From an uncultured bacterium (GTDB lineage Bacteria; Cyanobacteriota; Vampirovibrionia; Gastranaerophilales; Gastranaerophilaceae): DNA of 64,000 nucleotides. Shown here piece by piece: positions 8,231-17,728 of the stretch (the stretch's first letter is position 1; every line of letters begins with the position of its first letter). The stretch lies in contig CAROLD010000009.1 in NCBI GenBank assembly GCA_949035555.1, positions 2,993-66,992 on the forward strand, read 5' to 3'. The notes under the pieces are model-generated. The model was given only the letters and a program-made list of their open reading frames with translations. It searched no databases and was not told the DNA's origin. The position numbers were made by a program, and so were the translations under genes.

Positions 8231-9376
8231 TTATTCAAAAATCCATCCGTTGGTAAGATCTATTTTGAGAGGTTTTAGAAGAACCATATTTGCAGTACCC
8301 TCTGCAGGAACTTCAAGTTTTTCACCTTTGAAAGCCCATCTTACAAACTTCATCCACCAGTTTCTGTCTTTATAGATTTCAGCTGTTGCATCAAGTGAAG
8401 TAGTCTGGTCGTTTTCAGTTGTAATCAGAGCATTTTTTAAGACTAAAACACCGTTTCTAACGAAGTATTTGCCGGGTCTGACGTCAAGTAATTGACCTTT
8501 AAGAACAGCACCTTCTCTAACTAGAATAAATTTTTCTTTGGTAACGTAGTTTTGTGGAACGCGTGCTGTGTACATTGCACCGCCTTCTGAAGTTTGAGAG
8601 CTGATGTAGCTGTTCAATTTAATAGGTAAAACAGTTCCTGCCGGAATTGTACCGATACTTCCCTGAACTGTAGCATCGTCAATAACAAAACCTTCGCCGG
8701 TTTTCTTTCTCATAGCTTCTGCTAATTTTGCGTTAGGATTAAGTTTTGCTTGTTCCATCATTTTGAAAAGGACTGCCGCAACTTCTGCTCTGGTTGCAGG
8801 TCTTTCAGCTTCCAGTGCTGCTTTTTGAGCGCTTGGTGCAACAACTACCATTCCTAAAATTTCAGCTTTTCCCGCTGGTATGATAAACCATTCAGGAATT
8901 GTACGAGCATCAATATATCTTTTTTCCAGAACTTCTTTCGCTTTACCGATGCTGATTGTTTCTGTTGTCAAAGCGTTAACTGCAATTGAAGTTGATTCTG
9001 CTCTTGATACGGAATCTTCCGGTCTGAAAAGCTGACCTTCTTTGTCTGAGGAAATCAGGTCAAAATAAAGAGCTTTTTGAATATCCTCATATGCCCAGTA
9101 TTCTTCATTAACATCTGTAAATTGTACAGGCTGTGCAACTTTTGTGTGCTGTTGACCCAGTGCACGGATTGCCATAGCCGCGAATTCCGCTCTTGTAACA
9201 TTAGCGTCGGGTTTGAAGGTTCCATCAGGATAACCTACGATTACACCCTGTTCAGATAAAAGTTTAATCTGAGGTGCTGCCCAGTAACTGTCTTCCACAT
9301 CAGGAAATGCAAATGCAGGAGCCGCAATCAAACATAGTGCCGCTGCTGATAAAATAGTGGTTAAAAATCTTTTCAT
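8231..9376 (-). CDS. S-layer homology (SLH) domain protein, exported
   Basis: The signal peptide ends AAPAFA. Three SLH-like repeats follow: FPDVEDSYWAAPQIKLL...TRAEFAAMAIRAL, FTDVNEEYWAYEDIQKAL...SRAESTSIAVNAL and ...ATRAEVAAVLFKMM. Confidence 0.8.
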   Translation of the reverse strand: MKRFLTTILSAAALCLIAAPAFAFPDVEDSYWAAPQIKLLSEQGVIVGYPDGTFKPDANVTRAEFAAMAIRALGQQHTKVAQPVQFTDVNEEYWAYEDIQKALYFDLISSDKEGQLFRPEDSVSRAESTSIAVNALTTETISIGKAKEVLEKRYIDARTIPEWFIIPAGKAEILGMVVVAPSAQKAALEAERPATRAEVAAVLFKMMEQAKLNPNAKLAEAMRKKTGEGFVIDDATVQGSIGTIPAGTVLPIKLNSYISSQTSEGGAMYTARVPQNYVTKEKFILVREGAVLKGQLLDVRPGKYFVRNGVLVLKNALITTENDQTTSLDATAEIYKDRNWWMKFVRWAFKGEKLEVPAEGTANMVLLKPLKIDLTNGWIFE

Positions 9377-9620
9377 TTTCCCTCCTTAATAACTCCACTT
9401 AATAAATTTAGCATACTTCAAGTATTATTTCAGGTTATTGTAAACTTCTGTAACGAGCCGGTAGCAAATTTATAATAGTGTTCAAATATAAAATATGAGC
9501 TTGTTGACGCGAAGTTCAATGGTACATAAATTAATTCTTTTATCTTGCTCTATTGTATAATTAAAATTCTTTCTATTCTTATCACAATAGATTATGTTGA
9601 CAAAGTGATAAAGGATAAAA

Positions 9621-11741
9621 ATGTTAAAGAAAAAATTAGTTGTTTTGGGGCTGTTATTCTGTCTAATTAGTCAGAATATTGTAGTTTTTGCGGCTGTTGA
9701 AACTGAAAATAAATACCCTGATTATGCCCATACTTTTTTAGGGCAGGATAAGTGGGAAAATTATAACCGGAAAATGTTTAATTTCAATTTGAAACTGAAT
9801 AAATATGCTATTCGTCCGATACATATTTTATGGTCTTCTATTATGCCTGAATACGGTATGGATAGGCTACAGGGTATTACAAATAATATTGAATATCCGA
9901 TAAGATTGTTGAGCAGTTTAATCCAGAGAGATTTCAAGACTTCTAAAAATGAGACAATAAGGTTTTTTACTAATACAATTCTTGGACTTGGGGGGATGTA
10001 TGACCCTGCAAAAAAATTGTTTGGGATTGAACAGGCGCAGGAAAATATGGAACAGGCACTTGCCGGATGCAAGATGAAACCAGGACAGTTTTTTGTGTTT
10101 CCTGTGTTATCCTTTACAAGCTTTAGAGGACTGTTAGGACGCTTGCTGGATACCGCTCTTAATCCCGGGTCTTATATTGCAACACCTGTTCTTGCTATTG
10201 TTAAGGCAGGATTAACAGTAAATAAAACTTCTTACATGCAGCCACTTATTAAAATGGTCGAGTCAACTTATGCAGATCCGTACGAAATTGCAAAAAAAAT
10301 ATACGGGCTTGAAAGCTACATCCGCTGTAACAATTTAGATAGACTTGATATTAAAAAAGAAATGGAAATGGTTAAAAAAACGGATGATACAAAGATTGCT
10401 CAAAAGCCTTTAGTTGAAGCAAAACCTGCACCTGTACCGGAAAATAAAAAAGAAGATTTGCTTGTAAAAACAGAGGTTACATCAGAAATTTTAATGCCTG
10501 GATTGATTAAGGGCGGAACAAACATTGATGAAGTATTCAAAAACTACAGTATGGAAAATTTTAAACTTGGTGCTGATATTATCTTGCATGGTTATAACCC
10601 TCAGACTCCGGTTGTAGATTCAATGCGAACAGCGTTGTTTGACCTTCCGGGTGTTGATGAATCTGTTTGGAATGAATTATCTGTATGGAACAGAAGTTTT
10701 AGCAAGCGAATTAGAAGCTCGTCCGTGAATATTGCACAAGGCAGAGACAATTATAAGTTCAGATATATTTTACAAAAAGATAAAAACTCACCGCTTGCAA
10801 TAATTTATCCTTCAATAGGTGAGGGAGTAATGTCGAGCCATTCGGTTTTGTTGGCGAAATTGTTTTACGATGAAGGGTATTCTGTTATAATTCAGGGAAG
10901 TCATTTCCAATGGGAATTTGTAAAAAGTATGCCGGAAGGGTATAAACCTGGACTCCCGGCAAAAGATGCAGCCCATTTGCAATTGTTGACAGGCAAAATT
11001 ATTGATAATTTACAAGCCCGATATAATTGTAAATTCAGCGATAAAGTTATAATAGGCACTTCTTTTGGAGCTTTAACTGCTCTGTTTCTCGGTGAAAAAG
11101 AAGCCCAAAATAATACCCTTGGAAATTCACGTTATATTTCTATCTGTCCGCCTGTTGAACTGCTTTATGCTATGAAACAAATTGATAAAAATTCCGAAGA
11201 ATGGAATAATTCTTCAGATGATTTAAAACAACGTGTTGCAATGACTGCGGCAAAAGTTCTGAAATTGTATGAGTCAAAAGATGAGTCTATAAAAGAAATT
11301 AATTCACTGCCTTTTTCTGATGAAGAAGGGAAGCTAATTACAGGATTTATTATGCACCAAAAACTTTCTGATTTGATTTTTACAATTGAAAATGCCTCAA
11401 AATCTGCAAAGAGTGATATTTATCATGTTATAAATAACATGAATTACAAAGATTATGCAGAAAAATACTTGTTATCTGAGGGAGACAGAAGCAGTGATGA
11501 TTTATCTTTTGAAACCAGCCTGCATTCAATCTCAGATTATCTTGAGCATCATGATAACTATAAAATTTATCATTCTTTAAATGACTATCTTACAAACACC
11601 AATCAATTGAAACGTCTAAAAGAATATTCTGGTAATAAAACTGTTTTACTTGATAACGGTGCGCATTTAGGATTTTTGTACAGACAAGAATTTATTGATG
11701 ATTTAAAAAATACTATTTCATTAAATAACGGATTCAAGTAA
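9621..11741 (+). CDS. MlaA/VacJ-family domain fused to a C-terminal alpha/beta-hydrolase-like domain
   Basis: The N-terminal MlaA signature is NRKMFNFNLKLNKYAIRPI...IRFFTNTILGLGGMYDPA. The C-terminal half has the elbow IIGTSFGAL (Ser codon 11061-11063, residue 481), SLNDYL (Asp655) and NGAHLGF (His682). Confidence 0.75.
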   Translation: MLKKKLVVLGLLFCLISQNIVVFAAVETENKYPDYAHTFLGQDKWENYNRKMFNFNLKLNKYAIRPIHILWSSIMPEYGMDRLQGITNNIEYPIRLLSSLIQRDFKTSKNETIRFFTNTILGLGGMYDPAKKLFGIEQAQENMEQALAGCKMKPGQFFVFPVLSFTSFRGLLGRLLDTALNPGSYIATPVLAIVKAGLTVNKTSYMQPLIKMVESTYADPYEIAKKIYGLESYIRCNNLDRLDIKKEMEMVKKTDDTKIAQKPLVEAKPAPVPENKKEDLLVKTEVTSEILMPGLIKGGTNIDEVFKNYSMENFKLGADIILHGYNPQTPVVDSMRTALFDLPGVDESVWNELSVWNRSFSKRIRSSSVNIAQGRDNYKFRYILQKDKNSPLAIIYPSIGEGVMSSHSVLLAKLFYDEGYSVIIQGSHFQWEFVKSMPEGYKPGLPAKDAAHLQLLTGKIIDNLQARYNCKFSDKVIIGTSFGALTALFLGEKEAQNNTLGNSRYISICPPVELLYAMKQIDKNSEEWNNSSDDLKQRVAMTAAKVLKLYESKDESIKEINSLPFSDEEGKLITGFIMHQKLSDLIFTIENASKSAKSDIYHVINNMNYKDYAEKYLLSEGDRSSDDLSFETSLHSISDYLEHHDNYKIYHSLNDYLTNTNQLKRLKEYSGNKTVLLDNGAHLGFLYRQEFIDDLKNTISLNNGFK

Positions 11742-12344
11742 AAGAGTTAAATCTTTTTGTTCAATAATAATATTTGCTTTTTCCTTAAGAATTGGTTTAG
11801 CACAGAATGCCGCACGCATACCGGCATGCTCAAACATACTCAAATCGTTTGCGCCGTCACCGACAACGAGAGTTGTTTCAGGACAGGTTCCTGTAATATT
11901 TTGAATTCGTTTAAGCATTTCACCTTTGCTGTATCCGAACATCATTTCACCGCCCGCAAGTCCTGTTAATATGCCGTATTTTGAGTGCAGAATATTTGAA
12001 AATTCCGCATCAAGTCCGAGTTTTTTTGCAAATGGAATTGTTGCATTCTTGAACCCGCCGGAAAAGCAAATAACTTTGAAACCGTGATTTTTTAGTTGTT
12101 TTATTGTTTCTTCTGCACCGTTCATTAGCGGAAGATTTTTACAAATTTGATTGACGGTTTCCTCTTTCAATCCTTTTAACAGTGCAACTCTTTCCTGAAG
12201 GCTTTCGAAAAAATCTATCTCACCGCGCATAGCCTTGCCTGTGATTTCTTTGACTTTTTCGTCTATTCCTATTTCTTGAGCTAGAAACTCAAGAGTTTCC
12301 CCGTCCATCAATGTTGAATCAAAATCAAAAACTGCTAATTTCAT
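11721..12344 (-). CDS. serB: Phosphoserine phosphatase (HAD superfamily, SerB-type)
   Basis: HAD motif I is FDFDSTL, followed by SGGF and GDGANDL motifs. It lies immediately downstream of serA. Confidence 0.8.
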   Translation of the reverse strand: MKLAVFDFDSTLMDGETLEFLAQEIGIDEKVKEITGKAMRGEIDFFESLQERVALLKGLKEETVNQICKNLPLMNGAEETIKQLKNHGFKVICFSGGFKNATIPFAKKLGLDAEFSNILHSKYGILTGLAGGEMMFGYSKGEMLKRIQNITGTCPETTLVVGDGANDLSMFEHAGMRAAFCAKPILKEKANIIIEQKDLTLLLESVI

Positions 12345-12361
12345 GTCGTCTCCTTTTCACT

Positions 12362-12429
12362 CCCCCCCCCCTATTGCACAATATTTCGCAAGCCTCAATT
12401 CCTTGGTGGGGCAATATTTACCCCCCCCC
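12362..12429 (-). repeat. Twin homopolymeric tracts (G9 and G10 on the coding strand) flanking a 49-bp spacer between serA and serB
   Basis: C10 lies at 12362-12371 and C9 at 12421-12429 on the plus strand. On the minus strand both tracts are preceded by ATA (ATAGGGGGGGGG occurs twice). The first tract begins inside the serA TAG stop codon. Confidence 0.9.
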
Positions 12430-14021
12430 TATGCGTTTAAGCTTACGTATTTAGGGTTGTGAACACCGTCAATTTTTTCGATTTCACCAAGAACGGTAGT
12501 GTCAACTTCTGTTTCAGTGTTTATAACCATTATTGATTCGGTTTCGTGACGATCATTTTTCTGTACTACGTTCATTGAACCTATGTTGATATTGTTCTCG
12601 CCAATCACTTTTGCAACTTTTGCAATCATAGACGGCTTGTTCACGTGCGGAACAATAAGCATATGTCTTTGCGGACGGATACTTGTTTCGTAGTCGTTGA
12701 TTTTCACAATTCTCGGAATATCTTTTGCGACAAGTGCACCTGCAACTGTTGTTACTCCGTTGTCTGTTGTAAGTTTTATTGTTATTAAACCCGCAAAATT
12801 GCATTTTACATTTGAACGGGTTGAAATAATATCAATCCCGCGTTTTTTAGCCAGCAACGGAGCGTTAACATAATTCACTCCTACAAGAACAGATGACAGA
12901 ACACCTTTTAATACTGCAACTTCAAGCGGCTGAATATCAAGTGCCGCAAGATCACCCTGTGCGGTGATTTCGATACTTTTAATTGTACCTTCCGATACTT
13001 GCATTGCAAGCTGACCTGAATTTTCCGCAATCTGCATATAATCTTTTACAGGTTCTAATTTGTCAGGACGAAGTGACGGAATATTCACCGCAGATGATGC
13101 AGAGCCGCCTGAAAGTACTTCTCTTATTTGCTCTGCGACATCAATTGCAACATTTATTTGTGCTTCCTGAGTGCTTGCGCCTAAGTGCGGTGTAAGCACT
13201 ATATTGCCTTCGCAACGAATAAGCGGACATTCAGTTATGTTTGGTTCGTTTTCGTAAACATCAATTGCCGCAGATGCAACTTGACCGTTTTCTATAGCTT
13301 CTTTTAAATCTGTTTCGTTAATAATACCGCCGCGTGCACAGTTTACAAGGCGGACACCTTTTTTCATTTTTGCAATTGAGTCTTTGTTAATCAAATTAAT
13401 CGTTTCTTTTGTTTTGGGAACGTGTACCGTGATATAATCACATTTTCCCCAGAAATCATCAAGTGATGTTACATATTCGCCGCCCATTTTTTCAACAACT
13501 TCTTTTGATGTATATGGGTCAAATACAACGAGTTTCATTCCAAGAGCAAGCGCAACTTCTGCAACATGTGAACCAATTTTGCCAAGCCCTATAACCCCGA
13601 GAGTTTTTTTGTAAAGTTCACAGCCTGTGAATTTTGCTCTGTCCCATTTGCCTTCTTTTGTTGAAGCCGCAGCAGGGGCAATGTTTCTGGACATCGCAAG
13701 CATCAATGCAATTGTGTGTTCTGATGCCGCCATTGTGTTTCCGTCAGGTGAATTTACAACGATAATACCTTTTTGTGTTGCGGCATCCACATCTATATTA
13801 TCAACCCCGACACCTGCTCTGCCTATGATTTTTAAATTCTTGCCTGCTTCTATTATTTTTCCCGTAACTTTTGTTTGGCTTCTCACCATAATTGCATCGT
13901 ATTGCGGAATAATTTCAACAAGCTCGTCTTCCGTCATTGTCGGTAAAATATCTACCTGTGCGGCTTGTTCGATAATTTTGCTTGCCGCTTCATTTATTTT
14001 ATCTGTAACTAAAACTTTCAT
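12429..14021 (-). CDS. serA: D-3-phosphoglycerate dehydrogenase (long form with C-terminal ACT domain)
   Basis: 530 aa. It has the NAD-binding GVIGLGKIGSHVA motif, the catalytic region NCARGG...HLGAST and a C-terminal regulatory domain. Confidence 0.9.
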   Translation of the reverse strand: MKVLVTDKINEAASKIIEQAAQVDILPTMTEDELVEIIPQYDAIMVRSQTKVTGKIIEAGKNLKIIGRAGVGVDNIDVDAATQKGIIVVNSPDGNTMAASEHTIALMLAMSRNIAPAAASTKEGKWDRAKFTGCELYKKTLGVIGLGKIGSHVAEVALALGMKLVVFDPYTSKEVVEKMGGEYVTSLDDFWGKCDYITVHVPKTKETINLINKDSIAKMKKGVRLVNCARGGIINETDLKEAIENGQVASAAIDVYENEPNITECPLIRCEGNIVLTPHLGASTQEAQINVAIDVAEQIREVLSGGSASSAVNIPSLRPDKLEPVKDYMQIAENSGQLAMQVSEGTIKSIEITAQGDLAALDIQPLEVAVLKGVLSSVLVGVNYVNAPLLAKKRGIDIISTRSNVKCNFAGLITIKLTTDNGVTTVAGALVAKDIPRIVKINDYETSIRPQRHMLIVPHVNKPSMIAKVAKVIGENNINIGSMNVVQKNDRHETESIMVINTETEVDTTVLGEIEKIDGVHNPKYVSLNA

Positions 14022-14037
14022 TTATAACTTTACCCCT

Positions 14038-15189
14038 TTACCCCTCTAGTTCTTCTATAAGTGTTTGAACACCTTTTCCACGTTCAAATTTATGTCCGAG
14101 TTTGTGTAGTACGGCTTCTAATGCACCTACTGATGCAATTAAGTCTCTATCGCATACAAAACCAAGTGTTCCCATTCTGAAAATTTTATCTTTCAGCTGG
14201 TTTTGACCGTTTGCAACAACGATGTCGTAATCTTCTTTTAAATGTTTTCTGATATCAGGAACGGAAATCCCGTCAGGCGGAAGAATAGATGTTATAGAAC
14301 AGCTTGCATTATTGTCATCTTTCACAAGAAGTTCTAAGTTCATTGCTCTTAGTGCCGCTCTGAGCGCCATAGCATGACGTCTGTGGCGTGCGTTAACATT
14401 ATCTATACCTTCTTCTTTTATCATTTTTAATGCGGTATTTAAACCCACAATCAGGTTAACAGCAGGTGTAAACGGTGTAGAATTTGCACGGGTAGATTTT
14501 CTGTGAGCCGCCCAGTCAAAATAGAAGCTCGGGTGTTTACATTGTTCATAAACTTCCCACGCTTTTTCGTTTGCTGTTAAAAAGGCAAGCCCGGGAGGTA
14601 CCATAAAACCTTTTTGAGACCCCGAAACAAGTACATCAATTCCCCACTCATCAGGTTTGCACGGCATTGCACATACACTTGTAACACCGTCAACAACAGA
14701 TAATGCCCCGTGTTCTCTTATAATTGAGCACAATGTTTTAATATCATTTGCCGCACCTGTTGAAGTTTCGCTATGGGTAAGAGTTACGATTTTAATCTCT
14801 TTATTAACATCAGCATCAAGTCTTTTTTTCAAATCTTGAGGGTTGATAATCTGTCCTGCTTCAACTTCAAGTTTTTCAACAATTGCACCGCGGGATTCTG
14901 CAATTTTAACCCAGCGGTTGCCGAAGTTTCCTATTACAAGTGACAGAACTTTATCACCTTCATTAACAAGGTTTTCCAAAGCTGCGCACATGGCGCCTGT
15001 CCCGCTTGATGTGAACATAAATACGTCATTTTCGGTTTGGAAAACGTATTTCAGGTTTGTATAAACTTCTTCCAATATGGAGGAGAATTCCGAGCTTCTG
15101 TGACCTATCGGATGTTTTGCAATGTCAAGCATTACGCTTTCCGGTACAGGTGTCGGACCCGGTATCATTAAAAAAGTTTTGTCTCTCAT
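14038..15189 (-). CDS. Class V (AGXT/serine-pyruvate type) aminotransferase, the probable phosphoserine aminotransferase of this operon
   Basis: It has LMIPGPTPVP at the N-terminus and the SGSQKG PLP-lysine region. GGAGGA precedes ATG 15189. It is positioned directly upstream of serA-serB. Confidence 0.8.
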   Translation of the reverse strand: MRDKTFLMIPGPTPVPESVMLDIAKHPIGHRSSEFSSILEEVYTNLKYVFQTENDVFMFTSSGTGAMCAALENLVNEGDKVLSLVIGNFGNRWVKIAESRGAIVEKLEVEAGQIINPQDLKKRLDADVNKEIKIVTLTHSETSTGAANDIKTLCSIIREHGALSVVDGVTSVCAMPCKPDEWGIDVLVSGSQKGFMVPPGLAFLTANEKAWEVYEQCKHPSFYFDWAAHRKSTRANSTPFTPAVNLIVGLNTALKMIKEEGIDNVNARHRRHAMALRAALRAMNLELLVKDDNNASCSITSILPPDGISVPDIRKHLKEDYDIVVANGQNQLKDKIFRMGTLGFVCDRDLIASVGALEAVLHKLGHKFERGKGVQTLIEELEG

Positions 15190-15259
15190 TTTGTTTCCTC
15201 CATTCTGTTTTATATATTTTTTCATGGAATGGGAAATAGGGAAACTTTTTTATAAAACT

Positions 15260-15949
15260 TTATATATACACAAACGGACAATATTCTTTTGCAAAAATGA
15301 TTTCGACACCTTCGCCGATAATATTTTTTAAAATCGGTAAAATTATGATTTCAGATTCAAAATGTCCTATATCAAATACAGCAATTTCGCTATCAAGTGC
15401 AGTGTGGAATTTTAAATCCCCTGTAACAAGTGTGTCCGCTCCGAGTACTTGTGCATCCTTAATAAATTCCGAGCCGCTTCCTGCACAAAATGCGATGCGT
15501 TTCAGAGTTGTTGCGGAATTGTTGTTTGTATAGCGTAAATTTGGTGAGATTTTGGAAAGTTTTTTTGCAAATTCCTCAACTGAAATTTCCAAATCAACAA
15601 AACGTAAAAAATCGTGTTCAAGGTTAATTTGACTGTCTTGCAGTTCGAGAGTTTTAATTATTGTGTCTGTGGTTCCGCCCTGTGCTCGGTCAAGATTGGT
15701 GTGAGCGCTGTAGATGTCGATTTCACTCCAGCTTGCAGGTACATAAAATAACGGATGATGAGAGACTATCATATCACAATTTTGTTTGCGTGCTTGATTT
15801 ATAATATCCTGAGTCGGTGTCAGGCAAAGCATAATTTTATGCACTTCTTTTTTCGGAGTTTCAACCATAAACCCGACACAATCCCATTGTTCTGCGGTTT
15901 CTGTTGGTGCAAACTTTTCTATTCGCTTTGTGATTTCGTATTTATTCAT
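15260..15949 (-). CDS. Nif3-family dinuclear metal-centre protein (YbgI-like)
   Basis: CDMIVSHHPLFY, YSAHTNLD and the C-terminal DIGHFESE are typical NIF3 metal-binding motifs. Confidence 0.8.
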   Translation of the reverse strand: MNKYEITKRIEKFAPTETAEQWDCVGFMVETPKKEVHKIMLCLTPTQDIINQARKQNCDMIVSHHPLFYVPASWSEIDIYSAHTNLDRAQGGTTDTIIKTLELQDSQINLEHDFLRFVDLEISVEEFAKKLSKISPNLRYTNNNSATTLKRIAFCAGSGSEFIKDAQVLGADTLVTGDLKFHTALDSEIAVFDIGHFESEIIILPILKNIIGEGVEIIFAKEYCPFVYI

Positions 15950-17117
15950 TTATGTACTCTAAAATTTTTCTTGCAATAACGGTTTTGGGTGCTTTATCAA
16001 TCCTTTTTACCTCACCATTTTTGTTCAATATCGCAACTTCATTCTCATTTACTCCAAATCCGATATCTTTTCTTGAAATATCATTTGCAACAAGAAAATC
16101 GCAACCTTTTTTCTTGATTTTTTCTTGCGCGTTTATGAGTAAATTTTCACTTTCTGCGCAGAAGCCGACAATTGTTTGATGAGTTTTCTTTTTACAAAGA
16201 CTATGTAAAATATCCGGGTTTTTTACAAGCTCAAGTGTAATTGTATCACTGTCGCCTTTTTTCATTTTTTGTTCCGAATATTCTTTGACTCTGTAATCAG
16301 CCACCGCTGCTGCCATTATAATAATATCGGAATTGTCAAAATTTTCTTCCATAGCGTTTTGCATATCACGTGCAGATTTAACTTTTACGATTTTGTAAGG
16401 TGCTGTGAAGTTTTTTGTTGTAATCAAAATGACTTCCGCGCCCATATCGTGTGCTGAATTTGCAAGGGCAAATCCCATTTTACCTGATGAATAGTTTGAA
16501 ATATATCTTACAGGGTCAATATCTTCAATTGTTCCGCCTGCTGTTATGATAACTTTTTTGCCTTTAAGTTTTTGGCTGTATTGAAGCGCTTCTACTGTTA
16601 CATCAAAAATCTTGTCAATAGAACAAAGTCTTCCTTTACCTGTATATCCGCAGGCTAAAAATCCGTTTTCGGGTTCTAAAATTTCAGCCCCGCGGGATTG
16701 GAGTTTTCTTAAATTTTCCTGCACAGCCTGATTGTTCCACATATTTACATTCATTGCAGGTGCGATAATCATTTTTTTTGAAAATGCGCAGGCAACAGAT
16801 GTCAGCAAATTATCGGCAATTCCTTGTGCTATTTTAGAAATTGTGTTTGCTGTAGCAGGTGCGATCACCATAATATCAGCTTCATCGGCAAGCGAAATAT
16901 GCTCAGGTTTCCATTCTTTTATGTCAAACTCCTGAACATAAACTTCGTTTTGGCTGAGGTTTTGCAAAGTTAGTTTTGTGACAAAATTAAGTGAATTCGG
17001 GGTGCAGATAATTTTAACATTTGCACCTGCTTTTTTGAATTTTCTGATAAGTTCGCAAATTTTGTAAGCCGCAATTCCGCCCGTAATCCCTACTAATATT
17101 GTTTTACCGCTAAGCAT
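15942..17117 (-). CDS. coaBC: Bifunctional phosphopantothenoylcysteine decarboxylase / phosphopantothenate-cysteine ligase
   Basis: 391 aa. It has the N-terminal flavoprotein motif ILVGITGGIAAYK and a C-terminal ligase domain (ITAGGTIEDIDPVRYISNYSSGKMG). Confidence 0.9.
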   Translation of the reverse strand: MLSGKTILVGITGGIAAYKICELIRKFKKAGANVKIICTPNSLNFVTKLTLQNLSQNEVYVQEFDIKEWKPEHISLADEADIMVIAPATANTISKIAQGIADNLLTSVACAFSKKMIIAPAMNVNMWNNQAVQENLRKLQSRGAEILEPENGFLACGYTGKGRLCSIDKIFDVTVEALQYSQKLKGKKVIITAGGTIEDIDPVRYISNYSSGKMGFALANSAHDMGAEVILITTKNFTAPYKIVKVKSARDMQNAMEENFDNSDIIIMAAAVADYRVKEYSEQKMKKGDSDTITLELVKNPDILHSLCKKKTHQTIVGFCAESENLLINAQEKIKKKGCDFLVANDISRKDIGFGVNENEVAILNKNGEVKRIDKAPKTVIARKILEYINE

Positions 17118-17683
17118 TATGCAAGTTCCTTTTGGGTTATGCTTTCAACTTCAGCTATTGCGCGTTCTAAGTTATCATTTATAACAATGTAATCATATTG
17201 TTTAGAGCGTTCAAGTTCAATTTTTGCTTCTGCAAGACGGCGCTTAATGGTTTCTTCATCTTCCGTGTTGCGTCCGCGTAAACGTTTTTCCAGTTCTTCT
17301 ACACCCAGACCTGGCGGAGCAATAAAAATCAAAACCGCTTCGGGCATTTTTGCCTTAACTTGTAATGCCCCTTGAGTTTCAATTTCAAGGATAATATTTA
17401 AACCTTCTTCAAATTTTTGTTTTATAAATTTTTTCTTAGTGCCGTAACAATTACCAGCAAATTCTGCGTGTTCCAAAAATTTATCTTCCGATACGGCTTT
17501 TTCAAATTCTTCACGGGTTACAAAAAAATAGTTAACCCCGTCAACTTCACCTTCGCGCGGTTTTCTTGTTGTGCAGGAAACAGACAGCATAAAATCATCT
17601 GAATTCCTTTTCATAAATTCCTTTAATACTGTGCCTTTTCCAACACCGGAACAGCCTGAAATTACAAATAATTTTTTATTCAT
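17117..17683 (-). CDS. gmk: Guanylate kinase
   Basis: The P-loop is GCSGVGKGT, with TTRKPREGEVDGVNYFF and a typical length of 188 aa. Confidence 0.9.
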   Translation of the reverse strand: MNKKLFVISGCSGVGKGTVLKEFMKRNSDDFMLSVSCTTRKPREGEVDGVNYFFVTREEFEKAVSEDKFLEHAEFAGNCYGTKKKFIKQKFEEGLNIILEIETQGALQVKAKMPEAVLIFIAPPGLGVEELEKRLRGRNTEDEETIKRRLAEAKIELERSKQYDYIVINDNLERAIAEVESITQKELA

Positions 17684-17728
17684 AGATTGATTATACTATG
17701 AAGATGTGAAAAATAAATAGTAATAATT

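Noticed and set aside
12362-12429. ATAG(9-10) direct repeats as a target-site duplication of a miniature mobile element
   Set aside because: The 49-bp interior has no terminal inverted repeats or other element hallmarks. Homopolymers are poor evidence for a TSD. It is kept as a structural or phase-variation curiosity only.
13627-14049. 140-aa ORF antisense to serA, and similar shadow ORFs at 19089-19457, 36593-36958, 38937-39260, 43020-43370 and 56200-56556
   Set aside because: All are fully embedded antisense or out of frame in genes with strong family signatures. Their compositions are Ser/Ile/Phe/Cys-rich, as expected from reading AT-rich coding DNA in the wrong frame. None has an RBS.
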